The position numbers and the translations under genes were made by a program. A DNA stretch of 64,000 bases, taken from positions 42,904,001 to 42,968,000 of the forward strand of contig NW_025963779.1 of NCBI RefSeq assembly GCF_023055435.1, given 5' to 3'. The stretch is from Haliotis rufescens (Eukaryota). Under the pieces are notes generated by a model. It had not been told where the DNA came from and ran no database searches. It was given only the letters and a program-made list of their open reading frames with translations. Below, piece by piece: positions 38,570-51,307 of this stretch; position 1 is the first letter of the stretch; every line of letters begins with the position of its first letter.

Positions 38570-41500
38570 ACGTGCATTCTCCTCCCTATCTGTGTGATTT
38601 ATACGTTCATTCTCCTCCTTAGCTGTGTCACTTGCACGTCCATTCCCCTTCCAATGTGTGTGACTTGTACGTCCATTCACCCTTCTCGCTATGTGACTTG
38701 TACGTCCATACCATTCCCTATCTGTGTGACTAGTACGTCCATTCACCTCCCCATCTGTGTGACGTGTACGTCAATTACTTTCCCTATCTGTGTGACGTGT
38801 ACGTCAATTACTATCCCTATCTGTGTGACGTGTACGTCCATTCACCTCCCTCTCTGTGTGACATGTGCGTCCATTCCACTCCCAACATGTGTGACTTGTA
38901 CCTCCATTCTCCGCTCTATCTGTGTGACCTGTCCGTCCATTCCCGTTCCTATCTGTGTGACTTGTACGTCCATTCGCCTTCCAATCTGTCCATTCCCTTT
39001 CCTGTCAGTGTGACGTGTACGTCTATTCACCTGAAGATCTTTGTGACTTGTACGTCCATTATCCTCCCTATCTGTTTGCCTGTACACTTACAACAACAAT
39101 GTCAATGTGTGACTGGCACGTCGCTCCATTCTCCTCCCAATCCTCCCAATCTGTCTGATTTATACGACGTCAATTCCCCCGCTATCTGTGTGACATGTGC
39201 GCCCATTCCCTTTCCTGTCAGTGAGACTTGCACATCCATTCCCCTGAAGATCTGTGTGACGTGTATGTCCATTCTCCTCCCTATCTGTGCGACCTGTACG
39301 TCCTTTCTCCTCCCTATCTATGTGATTTGTACGTCTATTCCCCAAAATTCTGTGTAACTTGTGCGTTCATTCCCCTTCCTTTCTGTGTGACTTTATACGT
39401 CAATTCCACTAACTATCTGCGTGAGGTGTACTTCCATTCCCCGCGCTGTGTGACCAGTACGCCCATTCCACTCGCTATCTGTGTAACTTGTACATCCATT
39501 CTCTGTGCTATCTCTGTGACCTGTACGTTAATTGACCTCCTTATCTGAGTGACTTGTACGTCCATTCTTCTCCCTATCATTGTGACTTGTACGTCCATTC
39601 CCCCCGCCATCTGTATGACCTGTTCGTCCATTGTACTCCCAATATGTGTGACTTGTACGTACATTCACCTCCCAATCTGTGTGACGTGAACATCCATTCC
39701 TCTTCCTGTCTGTGTGATTTGTACGTCCATTACCCTGAAGATCTGCGTGACTTGTACATCCATTCCCCTTCCTATCTTTTTCACTTGCACGTCCATTCCA
39801 CTCCCAATCTGCGTCACTTGTACGTTAATGCCCTTTCCTTCCTGTGTGACTTGGGCTTCCATTCCACTAACTATCCACTAACTATCTATCTTCCTATCTG
39901 TGTGACCGGTCTGTCCATTCCACTAACTGTCTGTGTGACTTGTACGTCCATTCCCCGCGCTATCTGTGTGACTTGTACGTCCATTCCCCTTCCTATCTGT
40001 GTGACCGGTCTGTCCATTCCACTAACTGTCTGTGTGACTTGTACGTCCATCCCCTCACTATCTGTGTGGCTTGTACGTCCATTCCCCTTCCTATCTGCGT
40101 GACCGGTCTGTCCATTCCACTAACTGTCTGTGTGACTTTTACGTCCATTCCCCTCCCTTTCTGTTTGACTTGAACGCCTGTACACTTACAACAACAATGT
40201 CAATGTGTGACTGGCACGTCGCTACTCCATACTTATCTGCGTAACTGGCGGCCTTATCTGTCCCGAAGTCATTACAAGCCCGCCTGTCGTGGGAAAACAA
40301 TACCCTCCATCCCGTCCTATCTCCCCCCCCCCCCCCCCCCCCCCCAACTCTGTTCTAGTCTGCAGCCTGTCCAATTCGGGGGGGGGGGGGGGGGGGGTCT
40401 ATTGCACATCAACATAACCTACACTGCTTCTAGGGTAGACTGCGCGACCAAGACAGGAGGCGCTTCCGAATACAAAGTACGTAGCATGGTATTCTGGTTC
40501 TCTGGTTCTGTCCCATATCAAAGACACCTTTTTTGACTGGTACATGAAAGAACGTGCCCGTGCGGCAATATGCTGTGTGAAAGAGGATATTATACCTCAC
40601 ATACATTTTAGAGGTTTTGTCTGAAATAGGGCCAAACGCTCTTGAAAACAACAAATGTAATAAAACAAAGAACAATTGCACTGTTTACGACTTGTAGTTT
40701 ATCACACAGTGTAACTCATTAGGATAGATGGGGTCGTTTAATTCGTTATTTTCAAATAATTGAGTGATATGTACTATCTATAATCTGAAACAAATAGTAT
40801 TATTAATAACATAATTTTATTTCCATTTAGTTCAATTAGAAACACACCAGTTTACTATGATTTATAACGTACGTTGACCAACTGAGCTGTCACTGATATC
40901 TTCATGACTCTACTAACTCAGCCTCAATGCATTCTTAAGAAGTGAATAAAAGCACACAACAGTGATCCTCGAACATAACGTCTTGCAACATAAGAGGCGC
41001 CAGTTTAGCAATATACCACATGGACCCAATGTATTGAGATACATGAGTAGAATATCAGGCATGTGTTTACAGGACAGTGAGGTTGCCCTTGTGCAATGAG
41101 CATAGAAGCAATAATTACATTGTTTAAGGTCAGCTTAAATAATACCATCATATTTATCTTGCCGAGCTGCTGGTTTCAGTGATGAGATGTGTACAAATTA
41201 TTTGTACATGATGCTACACGTAGATTCAAACCCGTTTTAAGTGTCTCAACATCATACATTGGGCCTAAATTTTTTACCATGTTCCAGTTGACAGTAATAG
41301 AGATGAGGCGGATATTAAGATACTATATGAAAGGGTAACCAAGTGGATACAAAGCGCTAAACAGTTGAACTTTTTCTCATCAGTGTTTGAAACCAGACAA
41401 GTTAGTTTTTGTATTGATTTGGCTGCATCTTGTACGGGTTTGAAGCTTCTTTCTCATAATAATTGTTTTTGTCAGCGAGTAGAACTGCATGCTGCATACA

Positions 41501-44500
41501 TACCTGTAGTAAGCTGCCGTCCAGAATAGCGTTGTGATGTAGTAAATGGGTATATAAAGAGTAGTGATGGCCTACTGTTCGGTCTGTTTGCTGTGGTGGA
41601 CAGTAATGCCCCCACACCGCGTCTCGCTGTCAACTCTCTGCTGTCCCTCCACTAAAACAATGCAATTGGAATTCCTCACCAGAAACATGATATGCCTGCT
41701 CATGAAAGTACAAGTGGGTGTCGGAGCCCGCAATTAATCTTTAATCAGAATACACGGTTGGGTCTGGCACGATATGACAGTGCAGAGGGATAGGCCGGGA
41801 CCCCTCATTCACCCTACTTCCATCCAGCCTGGCCCCACCCACTCGTCATGACGTCAGGATATTGTGTGCTTGGCGAGCTGCATGCCTTATGTCAGTGGTC
41901 ACACCACACATTTGAGCCCACCCTAAGTACGCTCTGTAGTGCGCATGCCAACCTGGTGCTTTCACATTTTTTAGAAATGGGCACAATGAAGCCCTAATAG
42001 TTCGGACATCCTGCTTTCCAGGCGGTACCTGTTGGGAATGTCTATACCAATATACAACGATTTCACTGGGATCGTTGTCATTTGGATTAACGTGGCCAAT
42101 GTACCTGAGACCGCGGCATGAAACTTTGCACTTTGTAACATTTTTAGTTTTGTTTTTGACTTTTCAGTTTATGTCATGTCTTCAAGTAGGTCTGGCATTG
42201 AAAACACTCGCATTATTCATTAAATCTGCTTCGCGTATATTCACTTACTGTCACAATCGTCTTGATTATGGCATGTTAACAGTAGGTTATGTTAAAAATA
42301 TTTATCATCCATTTTGGTAGAATTCATATTTGAAAAAAATGATTAATTATTCTTCTTTGAAAAATTCTAACTGCACTAATACAGAACTTTAAGAGAGCTT
42401 TCACAGCATTTAATCTTCAATTTGAAATCCCAATGATCTGTCTACAGGTACGTCTTTCAAAGGAAATTAAATTTTAAGAAGACTCTTATTTTACCTTGAA
42501 CCAAAGACATTGTTAAGAAACTGTCAGTTGTGTACATACTTGGAGGACTCAGGGTGTAACATGACAAGTCGTCTATAGCTACGTTCCATTATGCACAATG
42601 CATTTTCTTGATGCTGACACGTGGTGCAACGAGGTGGGAATACATTTGTGAGATGCAGCGAGTGAGGAATACAAACGCAGGGTTCAACAAGTTGGGAATG
42701 TGTGAAAATAACGGCGATGCGAGATTTCCTGTTTTCTTGATTTCAAAGTTTGTCCCGTCGTGGTATAGCTAAAATATTGGTGAATGACGTGTTAAAAAAA
42801 ATAATCAACATCAATAACAACAAAGATAATTCAGATTTGAATATTTCGCAACGTCGGACAAAATACCGTTAACAGGGTGTGATTAAAATACATATAGACT
42901 CACTGTTCTTTTAACCGTAGATAGGCCGTTGAGTAGAACTATATGCACGTTCAACGTTAGCGGGTCGTTACCGCTGGCTTAAAACCAGCCACTTAACAAG
43001 TATTTATTCACGCTTGTGATGTCAACAGTATCCAGGGCAAAGCGGCTGGACAACCATTAGCCGCTCGAAGAATTTTCTTCATAAGACATCATCGACATCC
43101 GTAGTCCAGCGAGCGGCTTTACCATACCCGTTGACTAGTCATATCAACTGTTATATTGTTCACTTTCATTACAACATATACCTGACTACGGGAGGACACG
43201 ATCAGGTTAGGAATATAAGAACAACAATATATTCGCTGACCAGGTAAACGGTTCTTTTGTGCATGATTCGATGAAACTAATCACTTTTGACACGATATTC
43301 ATTGACTGCACTTGAGTGACGTTAATCTCAAGGATGAATCCCATTATCGATTCCATCACTTTCTATTGAACGATAAACACTTGACACTTTAAGTAAGTGA
43401 AAGTTTAGCTGTGAACAACAAAGACATACGATAATTAAGCCAGTTGCTGCATTAATTACCCCAGGGTGGTCGTGGCAAGGAATTAATTCAGGTACACGCT
43501 TGTAGTGGCCGCTCCTAGGCTATGGGGACGCGGGAAAGAGGTAGCCGATGTGATTACACCAAGGGTCAGGAAAGCGTGAGAATCAGTAAGCGTCTTTAAT
43601 GTTGTAGATGTAGCGGGTAGATAAAGTGCCTTGACATTTTCTCTGTGAAGCATCATGCCAATGTAAGGAAGTTTAAGTTGCGTTATTTTTTGTTGTGTGT
43701 TGAACCCTGATATAAATATACTGTACAAATACTTGTGTTATGTAAACTTCTTCTAAGTTTATGTATAATGTCGTCTTTCTGTTAAATTATATGGTACAGT
43801 TTCGGTCCGCTATGCGTAATACCGTGTGTTGATGAGTATATATACTGTGATTAATGTCTTAAGGTACTACCGTCGGTAGTGAGTTTTGATAAAGATATAC
43901 TAAAGTTAGGGTCTGCATGGTGCTATGCCCATTTCGAATTTTGAGATAGACCTGACTGTTTGCCTGTCATTAGACACATCCTCAGATGTTGTCCTAAAAC
44001 CACAAGTCCTTTATTTTATCCGCTTTAATTCATAATCATAGTATTACGTTTCAGATTAATAGTTCGCTGTTTGGGGTGCAAGTATGCAAATGAAACAATT
44101 TTTAGGCTAATATCGCACATATCCAGGGGAATGCTTACCTTCCATTGTAAGGGCATGATCATCCGTCTTCTATGACAGCAACGCTTTACCGTCCTATTAT
44201 GAAGGCTTCCCCTAGATCGCCCGTACTTAAACGAATTCCTAAACAGTAGGACAATAATTGACCTTAATGCCTTTGAATATTAATTGTATATGTTAGTGGG
44301 CGTTGGCATCTTTGCGATTTCAACGACAATGTCATGAGACAAACGATCTAATGATCGATCACCAATTTGCCTTCTTACACATATGTGTAAACATTGCCCC
44401 AAGGTTACCAACAGTCTTCAAAGTTATCCCCTACTTTCTGTGAGTGACTGAGAAGTAGCGTTGCTAACACTAACAGGCAGAGAACAACGACGTACATACA

Positions 44501-44599
44501 CATGTATACTCACTGGCCCAGTCACATATGTGGTGCACGAAGACATCTAATATACGCGATGTTGTAGTGGTGTTGGATAGATTGAACGCGTTGAAGAGT

Positions 44600-45930
44600 G
44601 TGTGAATGTTAATGTATGTGTGTGCGCGTGCGTTCGTGCGTGTGCGTGCGTACGTGCATACGTGCGTGCGTGTGTGTGTGGTAGATTGATAATATGGGTG
44701 AAGAAGTGTATGTGGTGGTAGTGGTGTGTTAACGGGTATGGATATGTGCTTGGTTGTTTTGTGTGTTACTGTTAATATGTGCGAGAAAGTGCGTGTAGCG
44801 GTAGTGATGGTGTGTTAATGTGTGTAGTCGTGGTGTGTAATGTGTTTGTGTGTTGGTGGTGTGTGTTTATTTGTGTAGGGCAGTGTGTATGTGGCTGTGG
44901 ATTAGTGTGTGTGGAAGTGGTAGTGGTAGTGATGTGTATGTAGTTTATTGTGTGTGTAGTATGTTTATTAGGATAAGGTGCGTGTATGTGTGTGTGTGGT
45001 GGCTTGGTGGAATATTGGTGTTAAATGTGTGTGGGGAAGTGTTTGAGATGGTACAAGGTGTTAATGTGTGTGAAGAATTGTGAGTTTATGTGCTACAGTA
45101 TTTGCAGTGGATTGTGTCAAGAAATGTGTATGGTGTTGTTTATGTGCTAATGTATATGTAGTGGTTTGTGAGGGGAAGTGTGTGTGGTGGTGGTGGTGAT
45201 GGTGTGCATGTGCTTATGTGAGTGTGGAAGTGTGGTGTGGTAGTGTGAGTATGTGTTACTGCGAGAGTGTGTGTGTGGTGGTGGTATGTGAATGTGTTTA
45301 CGTTTTTGAGAATGTGTGTTGGGTGGTAGTGGTGTGTATGTGTTAATGTGTGTGAGGACGTGTGTGTGGCTGTGGTTTGGTGTGTGTGGAAGTATGTCTG
45401 GTGGTGGAAGTGTCTGTGGTGCTGGGAGTACTGTGTATGTGTTTATGTAGGTTTGGTTGTGGTGCGTGTGTATGCGTGCGTGTATGTGTGTATGTGTGTG
45501 TGCGTGTGTGCGTGTGTGTGCGTGCGTGTGTGTGTGTGTGTGTGTGGTGATATGTGTAGGATGAAGTGTAGAGTGTGTGGAATTGTGTGTGAGGATGGTG
45601 TGTGTAAATGTGCTCATGTTAGGGTAGTGGTGTGTGTGTGCACATGTGAATGTGTGTGAGGATATGTGCGTGGTGGTGGTGTGTGTATGTGTGTGATGAA
45701 GTGTGTGTGGTGGTGGTGGTGGTGGTGGTGTGTATATGTATCAATGTTTGCGAAAAGGTGTGTGTGGTGGTGGAAGCAGTGTGTGTGGAACTGTGTTGTC
45801 ATGGTGGTGTGTGCGTTAATACGTGTGAGAAAGTGTGTATGGTGGTGGTGATATGTGTTATTGTGCGTGGCGGTAGTGGTGTGTATGTGTTAATGAGTGT
45901 GGAAGTGTGTGTAGCGGTGCGTGTGTGCAG
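44600..45930. repeat. Degenerate (GT)n/(GGT)n/(GCGT)n low-complexity tract
   Basis: Direct reading. Confidence 0.93.
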
Positions 45931-47189
45931 TGTATGCAGGGCAGACCCTGCTCAGTTAACTAAACTTCAGATCGATGATGATCTATACAAGCAGTTAACC
46001 ATAAACTAATACACTTTAAACGTATAACACCACACTCTGAAGAGAAAACACAGGACTCCGTTCAAAGACATAGAAAAGAATAATAATCTGGCCCATCTGA
46101 CAAACACGTTGATGGAACAGGTTTGTGATGTAATATTGACCGCTTTGAAGTCAAAGTTGAATGCTCCATTGTTCAATGTACTTATACCACAACGCATTGG
46201 TCTTATTGAAAGCAGCGCCAATGAATCTAATATCTTTACATTTTCGTATATTCTCACAGTTCAGGAACCCGAGGGGTAAACACATGAATACAATTCGTAA
46301 CTCTCGGGTTTTGTTATTTCAGATAAGAGATGACATTTTTCACTTGTAAACAATTATTAACACTGACTCTGAAATTATATTGGAGTTCGAATGCGACCAT
46401 ACATTGAAACACCCTAAGTAGGTCTTGTGCCTATTGCTTGAACCTGATGACATAAAGTTGGAATGTTAGGAATGTTATTCTGAAATACCTGTTGATTTGT
46501 TAACGAACGATCAACCCAATTGTCATGAGATTTTACAGTTGTTTAGTGCAATAGTTGTATGTGGTATATATCCTGAACAGTATATGTGGTATAATACTTC
46601 CTATCTTCAAGACAGGTAGTCCCAGAGACCCCATGAACTATAGTCTCAATACTAATCTGAAAGTGGCAGGTAAACTTACACAAAGAAGTTATGCATGCCC
46701 TTATATATTTCATAATTGTTTGGTCCCAATATTTGCAACAGTCATGAAAGATATAATTAGGGGAAGAATTATGTTTTCTCGAGATGATGTAATCAGTCAT
46801 GCGTGACGAAAGCTCACGTGCCATGCATGGTATGCCCGTGCAGCATGCTGCCCTCGAGTATCTCTACAAGCAGAATATCCAAACGTTAAAATTGCTTTCT
46901 TAAGCTCGGTTTTAAACAATTATTCCATGACATTGTGTGACCATGGCACGAAGGTAACGATCAAACGCCACAAGATGGCAAATAATCGACATACATAACG
47001 CAGGAATGTCTTGTAATGCCATTGGTCGAAATTTGGGGTATCATCACACTGTCGTAAGCCGTTTAGTCGAGAAACATGCTCAGACCGGTAATGTGCAGGA
47101 CCGTCCCAGATCCGGTAGACCCCCTGTGACGACACATCGCGAAGACAGGGACCTTCTTCGTCTCATACGCCGAGAACGCTTTTTAACAA

Positions 47190-49336
47190 TGATGTTATAG
47201 AAGAAGATCTCAACCCCTGTTCATATGATAACTCGACTCTCAACAGAGATATTACTTTAGAAGAAATACGCTCAGCTATCTCGCGACTGAAGCGTAATAA
47301 ATCCTCAGGCCTTGACTTAATTGAAAATGATTATTTGATTGATTCAATTGATATTCTGGGTGACTGTTACGTTTCGTTTTTTAATTTGATTTTATCCACT
47401 GGTGTTATCCCTGACTCTTGGTTGACGGGAGTGATTCGCCCAATATATAAGAAAAAAGGTGACTCTCTTGACCCGAATTCTTACAGGCCCATTACCATTC
47501 TGAGCTGTTTAGGAAAGTTATTTACTTGTCTTTTGAATTCCAGATTAAATAGTTACTTAGAATCAAATGAAATTCTTAGCTCATCGCAGGCTGGCTTTCG
47601 AGAAAATATGTCAACACTTGATAATATATTCATCTTAAATATGCTAAATCAGTATTTCAAAAAATCAAAACGAAAACTTTTTTGCGCTTTTATCGATTTC
47701 ACAAAAGCGTTCGACAGTATTTGGAGAGTAGGCCTATGGTACAAGATGTTATCATACAATATAGAGGGGAGATTCTTCAAGTTAGTGAAAAACATGTACA
47801 GTAATATAAAATCTTGCGTTATGGTCGATAACCAAATTTCTAACTTCTTTTATAGTTATTCCGGGGTTCGACAAGGAGAAAATCTCTCTCCATTATTATT
47901 TTCGATTTTTCTCAATGATTTAGATGTATATCTTGAGAGCAAAGTTTGTAGGGGCGTTGACATCACTTGTGTTCATGATGATTATGTGTATATGTGTATT
48001 AAATTCTTTATTTTGTTGTACGCAGATGATGCTATACTTTTAGGTGAATCCCAGAAAGATCTCCAAAATTCTCTTGATGTGTTCAAACAATACTGCGATG
48101 TGTGGAAACTCAATGTTAACATTGCCAAAACTAAGATTATTATATTTGGAGGAGGCGTGGGTAAAAAATCTAAATTATTTTTTCAATTTGATTCTAAACC
48201 AATTGAAATTGTAGATAATTATACGTATCTAGGTATCAACTTCCATCGCAATAGAAGATTTAATACCGCAATAAACGATTTACTGTCTAGCTCTAAAAAG
48301 GCCATGTTTGCACTCCTGAAAAAATCAAGAAACCTCAATCTAGCACTTGATACTGTAATCCAATTGTTTGATATCTTAATACTACCTATAGCCTTGTATG
48401 GATGTGAAATATGGGGTTGTGAAAATGTTATAAACATTGAAAAATTTCACCTTAAATTTCTAAAGTTTGCTACTGGGTTGCGATCATCAACTCCTAACTT
48501 TATGGTTTACGGTGAACTTGGACGTTTTCCTGTGAACATTACAATTGCTAAAAGAATGATCTCATTTTGGTATAACTTAGAAACCATATCTTCTCCTTTC
48601 AAGTTGTCATCACGCATCCTTAAACTGTTCAAATTAGATCACACCCTCAATATTAGTAATAGTAACGTATGGATATCTCACATAAAAAGTATTTTAAACA
48701 GTTGTGGCTTGACATATGTATTTGATAATCCTGGTTGCGTTTGTAAACAGTGGCTTGTCTCTATGGTAGAAACAGTTCTTAAAGATCATTTTATACAACA
48801 ATGGAGGGATGATATAGATAAAAGTTCAAAAGGTAATTACTATAAATTGTTCAAAGATTTACCGTCGTTTGAAAAATACCTCCTGTTACCTGATTATTTC
48901 TCTCGACCTATTATGTCATTTCGGACATCGAATCATTATTTACCTGTAGAGACAGGCCGCTGGAAAAATATACCCAGAATCAATAGAAATTGTAACCTAT
49001 GTAGCTCACCGGCGATAGCCGACGAGTTTCATTATTTATTTAAATGCTCCTTTTTTGATACCATGAGATCACATTATATTCCAATTTATCTTTGTAAATG
49101 GCCGAATCTTGCAAAGCTCAAGGTTTTGTTTACCTCAAATAATTGCTTAATCGTGACAAAATATCTCCAGATTTATAAGAATTATTAAATAATACTGTCA
49201 GAAGATAAGAACAACACTACAAACTACAACTTACCAAGTGATCACTACAATTAATTGTTTATCTTATAACTTTATTTGTATTGTTCCTGTACCACCTATG
49301 GTGGTTTGTTGGAATAAAACATTGATTGATTGATTG
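47190..49336 (+). mobile_element. 5'-truncated LINE (RTE-X-like), young insertion
   Basis: AACAA duplicated at 47185-47189 and 49337-49341; AATAAA followed by an (ATTG)4 tail; uninterrupted ORF. Confidence 0.92.
47335..49188 (+). CDS. LINE reverse transcriptase with C-terminal Cys/His motif (frame is open from the 5' junction; no endonuclease)
   Basis: YRPITIL, QAGFR, FIDFTKAFDSI, GVRQGENLSPLLF, LYADD, YTYLG, LPVETGRW, CNLC..DEFHYLFKC. Confidence 0.93.
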   Translation: MIDSIDILGDCYVSFFNLILSTGVIPDSWLTGVIRPIYKKKGDSLDPNSYRPITILSCLGKLFTCLLNSRLNSYLESNEILSSSQAGFRENMSTLDNIFILNMLNQYFKKSKRKLFCAFIDFTKAFDSIWRVGLWYKMLSYNIEGRFFKLVKNMYSNIKSCVMVDNQISNFFYSYSGVRQGENLSPLLFSIFLNDLDVYLESKVCRGVDITCVHDDYVYMCIKFFILLYADDAILLGESQKDLQNSLDVFKQYCDVWKLNVNIAKTKIIIFGGGVGKKSKLFFQFDSKPIEIVDNYTYLGINFHRNRRFNTAINDLLSSSKKAMFALLKKSRNLNLALDTVIQLFDILILPIALYGCEIWGCENVINIEKFHLKFLKFATGLRSSTPNFMVYGELGRFPVNITIAKRMISFWYNLETISSPFKLSSRILKLFKLDHTLNISNSNVWISHIKSILNSCGLTYVFDNPGCVCKQWLVSMVETVLKDHFIQQWRDDIDKSSKGNYYKLFKDLPSFEKYLLLPDYFSRPIMSFRTSNHYLPVETGRWKNIPRINRNCNLCSSPAIADEFHYLFKCSFFDTMRSHYIPIYLCKWPNLAKLKVLFTSNNCLIVTKYLQIYKNY

Positions 49337-50638
49337 AACAAGTAGTCGTCTGAAGCATCTGTGGTTGCCCAATCGTCGTTTTAGCACCAGAACCGCCAGG
49401 AACCGGCTGAAAGCAGCAGGACTGAGGGCTAGACGAGTCATAAAGCGTCCCTTGTTGAGAGATCACCACAAAGCTGCTCGTTTAGCATGGCGTATTGCGC
49501 GATAGAACTTGATTCTGAGAACTTGGAGACGGATCCATTGTTCAGACGAAAGTCGCTTTCTGCTCCACGTCACTGATGGAAGAACGAGAGTTTGGAAGAT
49601 TAAACCGACTGTTGCATACGGCGGGGCCTCGGTAATGGTTTGGAGGTATATCTCTCATGATTGCAGGTTGGATTTGGTCACCATAAAGGTCAACTTAACA
49701 GGGGCTCAGTACATACGGGACATTTTGAGGCCAGTCGTCGTTCCTCATTTTGACAACCACCATGTTGCTACTCGACCTCAGTACATGGATGACAATGCCA
49801 GGCCTCATCGTTCGCATGCAGTCGTGGATGACATGAGGGCCAATGCAATAACGACTCTACCCTGACCAGCAATGAGCCCAGATTTGAACCCTTTGAGTAT
49901 GTTTGGGATATTCTGGGGCGGCGCATACAGGCACGAGATCCTCCTGTACAAGATTTACGCCAATTGGAAGCAGCATTGCATCAGGAGTGGTTGTTGTTGA
50001 CCCACCAACAGATCAAACGTCTGACTGGAGGCATGCGACGTAGGGTGGAATGCGTCATCCGGGCACGTGACAGTTATACCCGTTATAATGATCTGTTTCA
50101 CGTGTCATGTCAAGTAGAGACTTTAAGGAACATTTTCACATGAAACTTCAAACGTAACTCGTTCACTTAATCCTGCAGCTCCATTTTTTAGGCATTGTCT
50201 AAGGTCAAAAACAGTACCTGTATTACCATGATGTTTCTGTCAGTAAATTTCAATCACAACTCACCAATATCTTCTTTATTTGTTGTCAAATGTTTGTTCT
50301 ATCCGATGACATTGGTATCGCCCAGCTCCTGTGGTCAGTCATCCCATCCCGTTTGTCATGTTTTTTTCTTTGTGTATATTTGCAAAAGTTATTTGTAGCA
50401 GACCAAAGCATGGTTTTCTATGTATATCGATATTGTGTTAATTCATAATACTGAAAGGCAATAGGCCTATAGTACATGTTATAAAGTAATGGGTGTATAA
50501 ACAATTATTAGGTAACATATTTGGAACTTCTTAGGTTCATAGCATGCAATATGTACATTGGCATTTCTTTCGTTACAGCATTGTTACTTGACTTTAACGA
50601 AACACGCTTCTATAAACTAGGATAATGCATATACGTGT

Positions 50639-51201
50639 TGTGGATGCAAGACGACAAAACTAACACTCGCATCAACAGGGTTTATTTCGTGACGTTTAAC
50701 GTAATACAGTTTGTAGTTAGAGCCATGGCTTTAGGAACAATTGGTGACAGTTGATGACAAGTTGGTGACGAGTTGGTGACGAGTTGAAGCGTCGACAAGT
50801 TGATGAGGTTCAGAAAAATGTGTCTTTACATAGCTCAAATATAGCAGGCAGTAAGGTGAGAACCTGGCAGCATGGAGGTCCAATACACACTGGTGAGCAT
50901 GTGCTTCGAAATGCATGAGCTTTGAAGAGGTCGCGACATGAGCTTTGACATTGCACATGAAGGTTAAGGTCACGAGGTAGTGGAAAGTTCCTGAGAACAC
51001 GTAAACATTGTATACACATATCTTAGAATTGATAAATATTACGTGGAAATTGAACAAAGAACATTAGTGTAATAATAAAGTGTCTTAATCATTGGACCAC
51101 CATGAATAATAAGTTAAATGAATTGTAATAATTTTAACTTGATTTCATGTCATTTCACTAACAGTTTATACTTTGAAACATTAGGAAATCTTGCATCTAA
51201 A
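50639..51201 (-). repeat. BEL/Pao 3' LTR (563 bp)
   Basis: TGTGGATGCAAG...CTTGCATCTAAA; adjacent PPT-like AAGAGGCCGAGTG on the minus strand. Confidence 0.95.
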
Positions 51202-51307
51202 CACTCGGCCTCTTAAACATACTCACGTTGTGTTTAACAGAAAAAAACAGACCTACAAAATTGCAAGATGACACTGTTATAAACAAGACGTCAAATATAC
51301 ATTTTAA

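Larger units (their letters stand above)
28150..40175. repeat. 33-bp minisatellite: diverged minus-orientation flanks (28150-29353, 38553-40175) and plus-orientation core (29361-38552)
   Basis: Core unit GAGAGGAGAATGGACGTACAAGCTACACAGATA; flank unit TATCTGTGTGACTTGTACGTCCATTCTCCTCCC (reverse complement, with GTCAC in place of GCTAC). Confidence 0.98.
46943..50090 (+). mobile_element. Tc1-like transposase pseudogene, family C, interrupted by a LINE
   Basis: QTGNVQDRPRSGRPPVTT, RERFLT|SSRLK across the insertion, CSDESRF, GASVMVW, MDDNARPH, P*PAMSPDLNP, YTRY; TIRs not resolved. Confidence 0.88.

Noticed and set aside
30083-38746. Minus-strand ORFs (YLCSLYVHSPL)n and (SICVACTSILL)n
   Set aside because: Antisense shadows of the 33-bp repeat, broken by stops
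1-40175. CRISPR-like appearance of the tandem arrays
   Set aside because: Units are contiguous with no unique spacers, there are no cas genes, and the context is eukaryotic
44850-46009. Val/Cys-rich or His/Thr-rich ORFs
   Set aside because: Translations of a (GT)n low-complexity tract
43483-46349. Short ORFs at 43483-43728 and 46006-46349 as host exons
   Set aside because: No recognisable motif and no convincing paired splice sites
46670-50400. Candidate TIRs for Tc1 family C near 46675 and 50380
   Set aside because: The match is too weak to define element ends
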